64,000 nt of DNA from Gemmatimonadota bacterium. Lineage in GTDB: Bacteria > Gemmatimonadota > Gemmatimonadetes > Longimicrobiales > Gaopeijiaceae. Every line of letters starts with the position of its first letter. Position 1 is the stretch's first letter. The position numbers and the translations under genes were made by a program. Below the pieces are notes generated by a model. That model had not been told where the DNA came from. It did not search any database and saw only the letters and a list, made by a program, of their open reading frames with translations. This document shows, piece by piece, positions 18,141 through 27,631 of the stretch. The stretch spans positions 3,324 to 67,323 of the forward strand of contig JAOUPR010000001.1 in NCBI GenBank assembly GCA_029879725.1, read 5' to 3'.

Positions 18141-19232
18141 TCAGTGCGTCCTCATGACCTCGAGGGTATTGGTGAGCACGGCCATGGCGTAGGCCGGATT
18201 GTGGATCCCGTGACTCAGATCCTCCTCGAACATCTGCCAGTTGGCGAACCCGGCCACCACGTCCGCCGGCCACGTGCCGGGAACGGCGTAGTGATCGACA
18301 CCCTGGATCCCGATGCGTTGGAGCTCCGTGGAGATGTCCGCGAGGAGTGTCGTGACCAACGTCTGCACGGTGTTGTGGTCGAAGGTCGTCAGGGGAACCG
18401 TGGTATGGCATCCGGTGCCGTTGCACCCCGCCACGTTCTCCTCCACCGCACCGTGATAGAGGTACGACATCTTCCACGTATGTCCGCCGGCCTGGCTGCC
18501 GAAAGCCTGGGCCATGTGACAGGTGCCGCACACCTCTGGGTTGCTGTCCGGGTCACCATGGACGGTAGGGCCACCGGCGATGACCCGCGATCCCGTGAAC
18601 TCGAACGCGCCCACTCCACCCACGACCTGGGCCTGCGGGCCGTGGTGGAAACCGTACCGGGACGAGGTGAGCGTAACGTCGGCACCCCCCAACTCGGGTA
18701 CGGGGCTGAGCACCCTGCCCTGATGGCACTGAGCGCACAGATTCCCCACGTCCGCCCCGTAGTCCACCGTCCCATGACCGGCGTTCCACAACTCCACGGG
18801 AGCCGTGGTGGTCAGGGCGAAGTCGGCGTCGGTGTAGGTCGTGTGGATCTGATGGCACGTCCGGCAATTGATGGGTGCGGGGTCAACGACGTTGGCGGCC
18901 GTGACCATCGCGCCCGTGGCGATCCGCTCGATGAAGCCCTGGTGGGTGTGACAGGGCGCGCAACTCGTGGTCGACCGCTCGAAATTCCCACCGAGCCTGT
19001 GCTTCGACTCGCCATACTGCACCTGCTTGGCGTACAGCGTCACGTCTTCGGTGTGGCACTGGGTGCAGTTCTCGTTGGCATCCTGTCCGGCCGGACCGGT
19101 CGGTCCGGCGGGGCCCTGGAGTCCCTGGGTGCCTTGTGGCCCGGCGGGCCCCGTCGGCCCCTCCGGGCCTTCGCATCCGGCACCGATGACGAGGGCCCCG
19201 ATGAACAGGAAGGCCCAACTGCGTCGTAACAT
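18141..19232 (-). CDS. Hexa-heme c-type cytochrome lipoprotein with N-terminal collagen-like (Gly-X-Y)10 tether
   Basis: 363 aa; signal peptide ending IGAGC; immediately followed by EGPEGPTGPAGPQGTQGLQGPAGPTGPAGQD (10 consecutive G-X-Y); heme motifs CTQCH, CAPCH, CRTCH, CAQCH, CGTCH plus a CX4CH (CNGTGCH); AGGGAGGG RBS 3 nt before the ATG. Confidence 0.8.
   Translation of the reverse strand: MLRRSWAFLFIGALVIGAGCEGPEGPTGPAGPQGTQGLQGPAGPTGPAGQDANENCTQCHTEDVTLYAKQVQYGESKHRLGGNFERSTTSCAPCHTHQGFIERIATGAMVTAANVVDPAPINCRTCHQIHTTYTDADFALTTTAPVELWNAGHGTVDYGADVGNLCAQCHQGRVLSPVPELGGADVTLTSSRYGFHHGPQAQVVGGVGAFEFTGSRVIAGGPTVHGDPDSNPEVCGTCHMAQAFGSQAGGHTWKMSYLYHGAVEENVAGCNGTGCHTTVPLTTFDHNTVQTLVTTLLADISTELQRIGIQGVDHYAVPGTWPADVVAGFANWQMFEEDLSHGIHNPAYAMAVLTNTLEVMRTH
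19080..19169 (-). repeat. Coding repeat: 10 uninterrupted Gly-X-Y triplets (collagen-like) inside the hexa-heme cytochrome gene
   Basis: Residues 22-51 of the 18141..19232 product; at DNA level an imperfect GGn-CCn 9-nt periodicity. Confidence 0.7.
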
Positions 19233-19490
19233 GTTTCCCTCCCTTGAAGAGTAGATGCTACTCGATCAGTGAGGAGGGTCTCGGCCCGGAATCCGGTAAT
19301 GGCAGGGAGGACAGGGGGAGTATACCGGCCGTCATGGCCGCGGCATGCACCTAATGGTACATTAATGGACGGGAGCGCGCTACCCCGATCTACGTAGTGT
19401 TACGGACCCTTCCCGAGGCACGGGATCCGTGGGATTACCCATCGGCGCACCTACTCCCATTCCCACCAGACCCTCCAGGTCGAAAAGCCC

Positions 19491-20168
19491 ATGAAATCGG
19501 CGATCTTGGCGTGCTCGATGGTCCTCGGGCTCCTCGTCGTACCGGTCCGCGCGTCCGCCCAGGACAGCTCCTCGATCTCCCTTTCGCCCCGCATCGCGCT
19601 CTTCGCCCCGGACTCGTACTTCTACGAGGACTTCGTCAACTTCGCGGGGGATGGACCCGTGGAGTGGTCCCACGGCGCCCTGGGCCGGATGGGAGCGTTC
19701 GGCGTCTCCGGTGAATGGCGCGTGGCACACGGGATCCGGATCCGGGGAGAGATCCTCCGTTCCTTCGACGGGTGGTTGCGGGTAGCCCACTCGGTGGTGA
19801 CCCCCAGGGTGCTGTTCGAGCCACCCCGGGTGGTGACCACGTGGCTGGACGCGCCCGCCACCCTGACGCTCACGAGCCTCCAGGTGGTGCTCCCCACGGA
19901 GCTACGGTGGGAATGGCTGCGGCCGTACGTCTCCGGCGGCGTGGGTGGAAAGCGCTACGCGTTCGGAGACCCCCTCACGCCCAACGAGGCGGGCGCGACC
20001 CTCCCTTCGCCTGGGTTCACGTGGGGCGGAGACCTGGGAGCAGGCGTCGAATTGACGCTCCTGGGGATCACGGCGGACCTGCAGGTCCGCGACGCCATCA
20101 CGCGCTACTGGGGAAAGACCCAGCACGACCTGGTGTACACGGGCGGCCTCTGGTTCAACGTCCGGTGA
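19491..20168 (+). CDS. Predicted outer-membrane beta-barrel protein (small, ~8-10 strands)
   Basis: 225-aa ORF; signal peptide MKSAILACSMVLGLLVVPVRASAQ; alternating hydrophobic pattern; C-terminus GGLWFNVR. Confidence 0.55.
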   Translation: MKSAILACSMVLGLLVVPVRASAQDSSSISLSPRIALFAPDSYFYEDFVNFAGDGPVEWSHGALGRMGAFGVSGEWRVAHGIRIRGEILRSFDGWLRVAHSVVTPRVLFEPPRVVTTWLDAPATLTLTSLQVVLPTELRWEWLRPYVSGGVGGKRYAFGDPLTPNEAGATLPSPGFTWGGDLGAGVELTLLGITADLQVRDAITRYWGKTQHDLVYTGGLWFNVR

Positions 20169-20180
20169 GGTGAGGGGGAT

Positions 20181-21194
20181 CTACCACACCCGGGTCACGC
20201 CGACCTGGAGTTGAAAGTCCAGGGACGGGCCGCGAGGCGGCACGTCCTCCTGGAGTGATGCCTCCCATCGCCACCCGTTACCCGCCCGACCCACCACGCC
20301 CACCACCAGGTCGGTCACGGCATGGTCCATGTCCGGATCGCCGAGCGGGCGGGTGAGCGGTGGGGAAGCCACGAACTGGATCACCCCACTCGCCCCCGGG
20401 CCGAGCGGCCGCTCCAGGGCCACGGCCAGAAGCCAACCCCACCCCCGGAGCACATCGCGCAACTCGGGAAGCGTCCGCACGGAGAACCCCTCCACCACAC
20501 CGTGCCCATGCCACCCTCTCCACTCCCTACGCGCCATGGCCGCGACGGCCACGTCGGCGCGCTCCGTCCCGAACGGATCGTCCACCATCGGGATCCGTGC
20601 GCTGACCCGGAATGACAAGACCCTCTGGCGGGAGACGTCCCGGAACACCCGCCACTTCCCGAACAGGCGCACCTCCGTGAGCGCCCACTCCCTCCTCGGC
20701 ACGGCCAACCGGAGCCTCCCCCGTGCATCGACGAACGTGACCTGGTGCTCACCATACGGGTATCGCTCGCGGAAGTGGTTCCCGAGTCCGAACGCGTTGT
20801 GGAAGCCCACGATGACCGGATCGAGGATCCCTCCGCCGGTGTTCTCCCACGCGGCCCGCACCCCGATCTCCACGCCCTTCCCCAGGCCGGCCCGGACGGT
20901 GGCGGACGCGATCAGCCGCTCCAGGTCCAGGACGACCTGGTGGGTGGCCGAGGAGTCGCGCTCGAAGATGTTGGCGTACGCGAACCAGAGGCTCGCCGAG
21001 ACGCCTGCGCCGGGGAGTACCTCCGCCGACTCCGTGACCCCCGTGTAACCGAGCCGCTGGAGGGGAGCACCCTCCTCGAAGGTGAGCGGACCCAGGGGGG
21101 TTCCCTGCCCCGCGGCGGGAGATTCCATGGGGGCGAACCCGACCGCCAGGGACGCCGCCCAGGCGACCGGCGGCGGCACCGCCGCGCGGGGCAC
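20181..21194 (-). CDS. Predicted outer-membrane beta-barrel (porin-like) protein, last gene of the cytochrome operon
   Basis: ORF 20181..21989 trimmed to a GTG 3 nt after the upstream cytochrome stop (VPRAAVPPPVAWAASLAVGFAP signal-like N-terminus); alternating amphipathic strands, Gly/aromatic-rich, C-terminal QLQVGVTRVW (terminal aromatic residue typical of OMPs). Confidence 0.6.
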   Translation of the reverse strand: MPRAAVPPPVAWAASLAVGFAPMESPAAGQGTPLGPLTFEEGAPLQRLGYTGVTESAEVLPGAGVSASLWFAYANIFERDSSATHQVVLDLERLIASATVRAGLGKGVEIGVRAAWENTGGGILDPVIVGFHNAFGLGNHFRERYPYGEHQVTFVDARGRLRLAVPRREWALTEVRLFGKWRVFRDVSRQRVLSFRVSARIPMVDDPFGTERADVAVAAMARREWRGWHGHGVVEGFSVRTLPELRDVLRGWGWLLAVALERPLGPGASGVIQFVASPPLTRPLGDPDMDHAVTDLVVGVVGRAGNGWRWEASLQEDVPPRGPSLDFQLQVGVTRVW

Positions 21195-21196
21195 GC

Positions 21197-22624
21197 CTAC
21201 CGTCCCACCACCGAACGGTGGAACGCGTCGTCCATCTCCTCCGACATGAACCGGGCCTCCAGCCTGTAGTGGCAATAGGAGCAGAAGCCGGGGCGGGGCG
21301 GGAGCCCGAAGTCCGGACGTGGCGGCACCGGGACCCCCGCCGCGGAGTAGGCGGCCGCCACTTCTTCGATACTCTGGTCGAGCATCTGGTGGGTGAGGAT
21401 GAGATTGTGGTAGGCGCCGCCCCTGTCCAGCAACCCCAACCGACGGCGGACATCCACCACGACCCCTTCCAGGGCCGAAGCCGGAAGGCGGACGTCCGCC
21501 GCCCCCAGGTACGCTTCCACCAGCGAGATCCGCTCGGCGATCCCCTCCTCCCACCACCGCAGCACGGTGTCGTATTCCCGGCCATGGCACCCCGTGCACG
21601 CGGATCCACTGCCCCGGGTCGCCACCCCGCCCCGGCCGGGCCTCTCGGCCGGCACATGGCACGAGCGGCAGGTCAGACCCTGGGTGAACTTGTGCGAGGG
21701 TGCCGAGAGCGGCATCCCATCCACCAGCCCCAGGAAGAGCCTTTGCGGCTCGGCATGCGTGTCGCGGTGGCACGCGATGCACGTCGCCGGATCGCGAAGG
21801 CCATACCCCAGCTCCACGTCGTGGGCGTGGTCGTGGCAGTCGGTGCAGCGAAGGTCCACGGCGGAGCTCATCGCCTGGATCCGGTGGGTGTCCGCCTCGT
21901 GGCACGTGCCGCACGACACCCCGGTGTGATCCGGATGAAGATCCTCGCCCAGCCCTGCCGCCGTGACGGCGCCGGCATTCGCGTGGCACCGGTCACACCG
22001 CTCCGCCGAAACCTCCCGGCTGGGACGCGACACGTCGAAATGGCACCGTACACATCCGCCCGACACCCAGGGGAGCCCCTGGTGCGGCACCGCGACTCCC
22101 TGACTCGTGGCCCCCTCGAACTCCAGATCCTGATGGCACACGCGGCACTCTTCCCCTCGAACTCCCGCCAGCTCCGACTCGTGGCACAACCCGCACGTCT
22201 CGGCTCCGGCCGTCAGGAGCCCGCCACCCTCCTCGTGGCGATGGCACCCCGCACACTCCACCGCGACCTGAGCCGAGTCACCGTGGGTCACGTGGTGGAA
22301 CTCCACCGTGACCATGGTCAGGCTCGAGCGCGGGGAGCGCCGGTGGCAGTCCCCGGAGACGCACGTCTCGCCCGGGACGGAGCCCCGAGCCCGGTCGGCG
22401 GTCTCGCCCCGATGGCACTCCGAGCAAGAGAGCTCCGCGTGCCCCGCGCCTGCTTCCATCGCGATCCCCGGACCCGACCGGACCTCCGCATCCGCCGGAT
22501 CGGCCTCCCGCGACACCGTGGGGTCGCAGGCCAGAGCCATCAGGGTCGCCGCGGACAGAACGGCGAGCCCACACCTTCGTGAATCGGCCCGGAAGGGCCG
22601 GATCAGCAGAACGTCACTGCCCAT
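21197..22624 (-). CDS. Multi-heme c-type cytochrome (12 CXXCH + 1 CX4CH)
   Basis: ORF 21197..23185 trimmed to Met at 22624 (MGSDVLLIRPFRADSRRCGLAVLSAATLMALACD; signal/lipobox-like); motifs CSECH, CVSGDCH, CAGCH, CGLCH, CRVCH, CVRCH, CDRCH, CGTCH, CTDCH, CIACH, CRSCH, CTGCH, CSYCH; start overlaps upstream cytochrome b gene by 22 nt. Confidence 0.8.
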   Translation of the reverse strand: MGSDVLLIRPFRADSRRCGLAVLSAATLMALACDPTVSREADPADAEVRSGPGIAMEAGAGHAELSCSECHRGETADRARGSVPGETCVSGDCHRRSPRSSLTMVTVEFHHVTHGDSAQVAVECAGCHRHEEGGGLLTAGAETCGLCHESELAGVRGEECRVCHQDLEFEGATSQGVAVPHQGLPWVSGGCVRCHFDVSRPSREVSAERCDRCHANAGAVTAAGLGEDLHPDHTGVSCGTCHEADTHRIQAMSSAVDLRCTDCHDHAHDVELGYGLRDPATCIACHRDTHAEPQRLFLGLVDGMPLSAPSHKFTQGLTCRSCHVPAERPGRGGVATRGSGSACTGCHGREYDTVLRWWEEGIAERISLVEAYLGAADVRLPASALEGVVVDVRRRLGLLDRGGAYHNLILTHQMLDQSIEEVAAAYSAAGVPVPPRPDFGLPPRPGFCSYCHYRLEARFMSEEMDDAFHRSVVGR

Positions 22625-23496
22625 AGGATCATTCCGATGAGGGCGATGCCCACGGCGAGAGCGGTGAATCCGAGGATCGCGGCCACCGTGGTGGCCCACC
22701 GTGACGGCGGCGGGGCGGGCGTGTCGGGGACCTCGTCCAGGGAAGGCGTCCGGTGGAGATTCTCCTTCACGCTCTCCATGACCTCCGGGTGCTCCTCCTC
22801 CATGTACTCGAGTGTGGCCCGCCCGGTGAAGATCACGGTGTCCAGCGGGAACTTCTCCGGCCTCAGGTGCACGTTGAAGAAGTGGACCGTGAAGATGAAT
22901 CCCGCTGCCAGCAGAGCCTCGTCGGCGTGGATGACCGTGGCCACGTTGAACGCCCACCCGGGGAGGAAGGCAGCGAAGAACTCGGGAAACCAGAGGACCA
23001 GCCCGGACCCTCCGATGATGGCCACTCCCCAGAACACGGCGAGGTAGTCGAACTTCTCCATGTAGGACCACCTCCGGAACGCCGGCTTCGGTCCGAAGCC
23101 GAGGAACCACCTGATCTGGTTCCAGAAGTCCACCACGTCCCTGGGCTGCGGCACCATGGAGTCGGGGCCCCAGAAGAGGCTCCACCGATCAGGACTGCGC
23201 ACGAACAACACGGCGACGTACCCGACGTGTGCCCCGAAGTAGAGGAAGGTCACGACGGCACCCACCCTGTGGAGGAAGCCGGCGCTTTCCACTCCTCCCA
23301 ACAGGGCCATGAGGGGCCCGGACCAGAAGGCACACGAGAACCTCAAGGGGAGGCCGGTGATCACCAGGAGGAAGAACGACACGATCACGGCCGCGTGGGT
23401 CCACCGGTGGAAGCGGTTGAAGCGCCACACGAAGGGGCCCCTCCCTCGGGCCGCGGCGTCGAGTGACACCGGGTCCCGCACCCTGCTCCCGTTCAT
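22603..23496 (-). CDS. Di-heme cytochrome b membrane subunit (FdnI/HydC/PhsC-like prokaryotic cytochrome b561)
   Basis: ORF 22603..23814 trimmed to MNGSRVRDP at 23496 (GAGGGAGGA RBS); N-terminal RFNRFHRWTHAAVIVSFFLL motif, 4-5 TM helices with conserved His (FLHRVGAV, TVIHADEALLAAGFIFTVHFFNVH); ATGA overlap with upstream cytochrome c stop. Confidence 0.75.
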   Translation of the reverse strand: MNGSRVRDPVSLDAAARGRGPFVWRFNRFHRWTHAAVIVSFFLLVITGLPLRFSCAFWSGPLMALLGGVESAGFLHRVGAVVTFLYFGAHVGYVAVLFVRSPDRWSLFWGPDSMVPQPRDVVDFWNQIRWFLGFGPKPAFRRWSYMEKFDYLAVFWGVAIIGGSGLVLWFPEFFAAFLPGWAFNVATVIHADEALLAAGFIFTVHFFNVHLRPEKFPLDTVIFTGRATLEYMEEEHPEVMESVKENLHRTPSLDEVPDTPAPPPSRWATTVAAILGFTALAVGIALIGMILWAVTFC

Positions 23497-24695
23497 GATC
23501 GATCCTCCCTCGTCCCGGTTCCCGCGCGCATGAGCCGTACTCCGTCGAGGGTGACCCGGAACAGCCAGAGTGCCGTGTGGAGGCCGAACACCGTGAACAC
23601 ACCCACGAGGAGCGCGGTCATGAAACGGTACGACCAGTAGACGTGGGGGTACCGCTCCCGGTCGGCGTGATCGGCATGTGGCTGGAATCCGGCGAAGTTC
23701 ACCGCGGCGCCGGGATGGCACGCGCGGCACGTCTTGAGAAGGTTCTCCTCGGACACGGACGAACGCGGATCTTCGGTGGCGTGGATCGAGTGTGCCGTGT
23801 GGCAGGCCTGGCACGTCGCCGCGCGACCGGACCCCAGCGTCGATGCCTGACCGTGATACGAGTCGGCGAAGCTCTCCCCGTATTCCTCATGGCACCCGGA
23901 GCACGCCGCCACCACGGACCGGCCGAAGACCGCGCCGTCCCCGGATACCGCCGGCATCCCGTGGGCTCCGTGACACGCGGTGCACCCCGGAGGGGCTGCG
24001 GGAGGGTGCCCCAGGTCGAATTCATCCAGTGACGTGCCCCCGTCGGGAGGCCCGGAAGTCTCGTTCACGGCCTCGCGGTGGGCGTCCCGCTCCCACTCCG
24101 CGGCCACCTGGTCATGGCACGTCCCGCACGTGGCGTGCTGGTTCAGAGGATGTACGCCCGCCTCGGGATCCCCGGGGGACCGGGTACCGTGGGCTTCGTG
24201 GCAGGCGGTACACGCCACAGAGTCCGCGTGCGGGTCCGACGCCGGCATGCGCGGCTCGAAGTGGCACGATACGCACGCGCCGTTCATCTCCCGGAGGCCC
24301 GGCGTCTCGCCGAGACCCGCGGAGGAGGCCACATCGTGAACCCCGTGGCACGACGCACACTCCGCCGCGGCGTCCACGGCGTGCACGCCTCCGCTCCACT
24401 CCGTGGCCGGGTCCGGGTGGCACTCGGCGCACGACGCCGTGGCGGCCGTCCCCGGGTGCGGGTAACGGCGATACCCCGAATGGCAGTCGGCACACCCTCG
24501 TTCGTCGTGAGCCGTGCCCCGCTGACCGACGGACGGAACCAGGAGCGCCGAGGCTTCTTCGAGCGTCTCGGTGTGCTGACGAAGGAACTCCAGCTCGGCG
24601 TGACACAGGTCGCACCGTCCCCCGGCCTGCTGAGCGTCCACGGAGGCGGCTCCGGCCAGACCCGCCATGCACACGACCACGTCCACGATTCTCAT
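23493..24695 (-). CDS. Undeca-heme c-type cytochrome with signal peptide and C-terminal transmembrane anchor
   Basis: 400 aa; signal MRIVDVVVCMAGLAGAASVDAQQ; eleven CXXCH (CDLCH, CADCH, CAECH, CASCH, CVSCH, CTACH, CGTCH, CTACH, CSGCH, CQACH, CRACH); C-terminal hydrophobic helix FMTALLVGVFTVFGLHTALWLF; ATG overlaps upstream regulator stop (ATGA). Confidence 0.8.
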   Translation of the reverse strand: MRIVDVVVCMAGLAGAASVDAQQAGGRCDLCHAELEFLRQHTETLEEASALLVPSVGQRGTAHDERGCADCHSGYRRYPHPGTAATASCAECHPDPATEWSGGVHAVDAAAECASCHGVHDVASSAGLGETPGLREMNGACVSCHFEPRMPASDPHADSVACTACHEAHGTRSPGDPEAGVHPLNQHATCGTCHDQVAAEWERDAHREAVNETSGPPDGGTSLDEFDLGHPPAAPPGCTACHGAHGMPAVSGDGAVFGRSVVAACSGCHEEYGESFADSYHGQASTLGSGRAATCQACHTAHSIHATEDPRSSVSEENLLKTCRACHPGAAVNFAGFQPHADHADRERYPHVYWSYRFMTALLVGVFTVFGLHTALWLFRVTLDGVRLMRAGTGTREDRS

Positions 24696-26047
24696 GCATC
24701 CACTCCGAACTTCCGTAAACGGTTCCGGATCTGATGGCGGCTCAGTCCGAGAAGCCGGCCCGCCTCGGAGCGATTTCCTTCGGCCATCTCCAACGCCTCC
24801 CCCAGGAGCCGCCGCTCCAACTGGGCGAGGTCCAGCCCGGCGGGTGTCAGGGCCGGCACGGCACGTCCCGCCGATCCCTCGGCCTTCGCCCTCAGCTCGG
24901 CCGGAAGGGCTCCGGCGTGCACGGTCCGGTCGTCGGTCAGGAGGACGGCGCGCTCCACGACGTTGCAGAGCTCCCTCACGTTCCCCGGCCAGCCGTATCC
25001 CTCGATCAGTTCCATGGCCTCCGCGTCGACCTCCCGGATCTCCTTCCCGAACTCCGCCGCGAAGCGCACCACGAAGGCCCGCACGAGGAGCGGGATGTCC
25101 GATCTTCGATGACGCAGGGGAGGCAACTCGATGGGGAGCACACGGAGCCGGTAGAAGAGGTCCTCCCGGAAACGGCCCGCCTCCACCTCGTCCTCGAGAA
25201 TCCGGTTCGTGGCGGCTATGACGCGCACGTCCACCTTGCGGTCCTCGATGCCGCCCACCCTGCGGAACACGTGATCTTCCAGGAACCGGAGGAGCTTTCC
25301 CTGAACGGCGGGAGACAGCTCCGCGATCTCGTCCAGGAAGAGCGTGCCGCCATCCGCGACCTCCACGAGCCCACGCTTGAGGGTGCGAGCGTCCGTGAAC
25401 GCCCCCTTCTCGTGACCGAACAGCTCGGACTCCATGAGAGACTCGGGAAGGGCCGAGCAGGTGACCGTCACGAAGGGGCGGTGGGCACGCGCGCCGAGCC
25501 GGTGGATGAGGCGGGCCACCACCCCCTTTCCCGTTCCGGTCTCACCCAGGAGGAGAACGGTGGCCGTATCCGCGGCGGCCACGCGCTCCGCCAGGTCGAG
25601 GACCTCCCGCATGGCGGGACCGGACCCGATCACGTCGCCCCGGATCCCGGCCTCCTTCCTCAGGGCGCGGATCTCCCGGCGCATACGGGTACGCTCCAGC
25701 GCGCGGTCCAGCGTGGCCTCCAGTCGATCGAGAGAGAAAGGCTTCTCCAGGTAGTCCTCCGCCCCGTGCTTCAGCGCCTCCACCGCCGACTGCACGGTGG
25801 CGTGCGCCGTGATCATGATGCAGGGGACGTCGTTGGGCGGTCCCAGCTCCTCGAGTATCTCGGTGCCCTCCCCATCCGGAAGCCGGATGTCCAGGAGAGC
25901 CGCGTCGGGTGGAGTCCGGTCGATGATGGCACGGGCTCCGGCCACCGTGGTCGCTTCGGAGACCACGTACCCCCGGCGAGTGAGCCGCTCCCTGACCACG
26001 GTGCGGATGAGGGAGTCGTCGTCGAGAACGAGGACGCGGTTCGCCAT
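24692..26047 (-). CDS. Sigma-54-dependent response regulator (NtrC/Fis family: REC - AAA+ sigma54-activator - HTH)
   Basis: ORF 24692..26053 trimmed to ATG 26047 (GGAGGGG RBS). REC with LVLDDD / LLDIRLPDGEG. Sigma54-interaction domain with Walker A GETGTGKG and GAFTGA-type loop (EKGAFTDA), ESELFGHEKGAF. C-terminal Fis-type HTH RLLGLSRHQIRNRLRKFG. Confidence 0.9.
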   Translation of the reverse strand: MANRVLVLDDDSLIRTVVRERLTRRGYVVSEATTVAGARAIIDRTPPDAALLDIRLPDGEGTEILEELGPPNDVPCIMITAHATVQSAVEALKHGAEDYLEKPFSLDRLEATLDRALERTRMRREIRALRKEAGIRGDVIGSGPAMREVLDLAERVAAADTATVLLLGETGTGKGVVARLIHRLGARAHRPFVTVTCSALPESLMESELFGHEKGAFTDARTLKRGLVEVADGGTLFLDEIAELSPAVQGKLLRFLEDHVFRRVGGIEDRKVDVRVIAATNRILEDEVEAGRFREDLFYRLRVLPIELPPLRHRRSDIPLLVRAFVVRFAAEFGKEIREVDAEAMELIEGYGWPGNVRELCNVVERAVLLTDDRTVHAGALPAELRAKAEGSAGRAVPALTPAGLDLAQLERRLLGEALEMAEGNRSEAGRLLGLSRHQIRNRLRKFGVDA

Positions 26048-26049
26048 GA

Positions 26050-27492
26050 TCACCCCTCCGGCGTGTGGGCGACGGCACGCCCGGGAAGGACCACCCGCAC
26101 GCGCGTCCCCCGCCCCGGACTGCTCTCGATCACCATGGCGCCCGCGTGAGCGGATACGATCCGCGCCACCAGGGGAAGGCCGAGCCCGGTTCCCGTGGGC
26201 TTCGTGGAATAGAAGGGTTTGAGCGCCCGCTCCGTCGCGGCCGGATCGAGGCCCGCCCCGGTGTCCGCGATGGACACCTCGACCCCGCCCCCTTCCGCGG
26301 GCGTCACCCCGATGGTGATCTCCCCGCCACGGGGCATGGCCTCCACGGCGTTGGTGAGCAAGTTGAGGAACGCCTGGCGGAGACGGTGGCGATCACCGGG
26401 TACCTCGGCTTCAGGGAGCATGTACAGGCGATGGATCCCGACCCGCTCCATCCCGGGGAATCCCACCAGCCCCGCCAGAGCATCGTCCAGCGTCTCGGCC
26501 AGATTCACGCTGTCTTCGTTCATGACCAGGGGCTTGGCGAGACCGAACAGGTCCTGCATGGTCTCCTCCAGGCGGCGCAGTTGCAGATGGACCGCGTCGA
26601 GGACTTCGCGCCCCTGTTCGGTGATGTCGTATTCCTGGTCGAGCACCGACACCGCGGTCTGGATGGACGCCAGCGGGCGCTTGAATTCGTGGGCCATCTC
26701 CGCGGCCAGCTCTCCCACCTGGGCGAGTCCTTCCCGGGCCTCCATCTGGCGGCTCTGCTCCCGGGCCTCCGCCGCCATCTCCTCGCCCCGCTCGACGATG
26801 TCCCGCACCGAGTCCTCCAGGTCGGACAGGTCTCCCGGGCGGGAAGCCGGTGCGCCGTGCCCGGGCCCACTGTGGAGGAGAACCTCCACACGGTGGAGCG
26901 GAGCCACGACCTCCCTCTCGAGCATGGTGGCGACGACGCTGCCCATGGCCAGGAGGGACACCGCCACCAACGCCATCCCCAGGTACATCCCCTTCCGTAT
27001 TCCCTCGCGGGCGGGCGCCGCGAACATCACCACTTCGAGCACGGCGGCGGCGGGAAGGGACAAGGGGAAGTATGCGCGGGCCGAGTTCCGGTCATCGGAC
27101 ATGGACACGGTGCCCGAGCGGGGGAGTTCGGCCGCCTCGGGGATCCAGCGTGACCCGGCGGACATCCCCTCTTCCGAGCGGTGAGCGGAGAGGATCACGC
27201 GACCGTCGGGTCCGTAGACGCGGGCCTCCAGAGGAGAGCCGCCGACCTGGAGCCGCGTCAGCGCGTGACGTGCCGGCTCGGGGCGCCCCAGGCGAAGCGC
27301 GGACTCTATGGCGGCCTGGGTGGACACGCCGGCGAGGAGCGCCTGCTCCCGGACCGTCGCCAACGCCTGCTCCTCCCAGTAGCGGAAGGAAAAGAAGGTG
27401 GAGAGACCGAGGGCACCCAGTCCGGCACCCGTCAGGGTCAGGACGACCTTGGTGCGGAGGGGGAGGGACCGTATGACCGCCAACCAGAGCAT
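26050..27492 (-). CDS. Sensor histidine kinase (2 TM, ~150-aa periplasmic sensor, HisKA, HATPase_c), cognate to the downstream NtrC-type regulator
   Basis: 480 aa; TM1 VVLTLTGAGLGALGLSTFF, TM2 GMYLGMALVAVSLLAMGSVVA; H-box AHEFKRPLASIQ; N-box NLLTNAVEA; G-boxes DTGAGL / GTGLGLPL; stop TGA 2 nt before regulator ATG. Confidence 0.85.
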   Translation of the reverse strand: MLWLAVIRSLPLRTKVVLTLTGAGLGALGLSTFFSFRYWEEQALATVREQALLAGVSTQAAIESALRLGRPEPARHALTRLQVGGSPLEARVYGPDGRVILSAHRSEEGMSAGSRWIPEAAELPRSGTVSMSDDRNSARAYFPLSLPAAAVLEVVMFAAPAREGIRKGMYLGMALVAVSLLAMGSVVATMLEREVVAPLHRVEVLLHSGPGHGAPASRPGDLSDLEDSVRDIVERGEEMAAEAREQSRQMEAREGLAQVGELAAEMAHEFKRPLASIQTAVSVLDQEYDITEQGREVLDAVHLQLRRLEETMQDLFGLAKPLVMNEDSVNLAETLDDALAGLVGFPGMERVGIHRLYMLPEAEVPGDRHRLRQAFLNLLTNAVEAMPRGGEITIGVTPAEGGGVEVSIADTGAGLDPAATERALKPFYSTKPTGTGLGLPLVARIVSAHAGAMVIESSPGRGTRVRVVLPGRAVAHTPEG

Positions 27493-27497
27493 GGCTA

Positions 27498-27610
27498 GCC
27501 GCTTCCGAAGCGGCGTCTCGGCAGGAGGAGGGGAGGGCCCCGTTCGCGTTACAGGTACCCTTCGCGGGAGGCCCCGTTCCTGGCGTATCGGCGCGAATCC
27601 AGGAACGGGG
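27498..27610. promoter_or_regulatory. Two dyad-symmetric elements in the leader of the kinase/regulator/cytochrome operon
   Basis: (i) 17-nt perfect palindrome GCCGCTTC-C-GAAGCGGC at ~27498-27514, 6 nt upstream of the kinase ATG; (ii) 12-bp perfect inverted repeat CCCCGTTCCTGG-N15-CCAGGAACGGGG at ~27572-27610. Candidate regulator-binding sites and/or terminator of the upstream membrane-protein gene. Confidence 0.35.
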
Positions 27611-27631
27611 CGACGCGGCTCGACCGGCGGC

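Noticed and set aside
18144-19229. 361-aa plus-strand ORF mirroring the hexa-heme cytochrome gene
   Set aside because: The minus-strand frame has a signal peptide, a lipobox, a GXY repeat and six heme-binding motifs. The plus-strand product is Gly/Arg/Pro-rich with no features
19233-19490. Sigma-54 (-24/-12) promoter upstream of the hexa-heme cytochrome gene or the 19491 beta-barrel gene
   Set aside because: I searched both orientations for GG-N10-GC with TGGCAC/TTGC context. Only small palindromes (CACGG-gat-CCGTG, CTACGTAG, CGGCC-gtcat-GGCCG) are present, with no convincing sigma54 box
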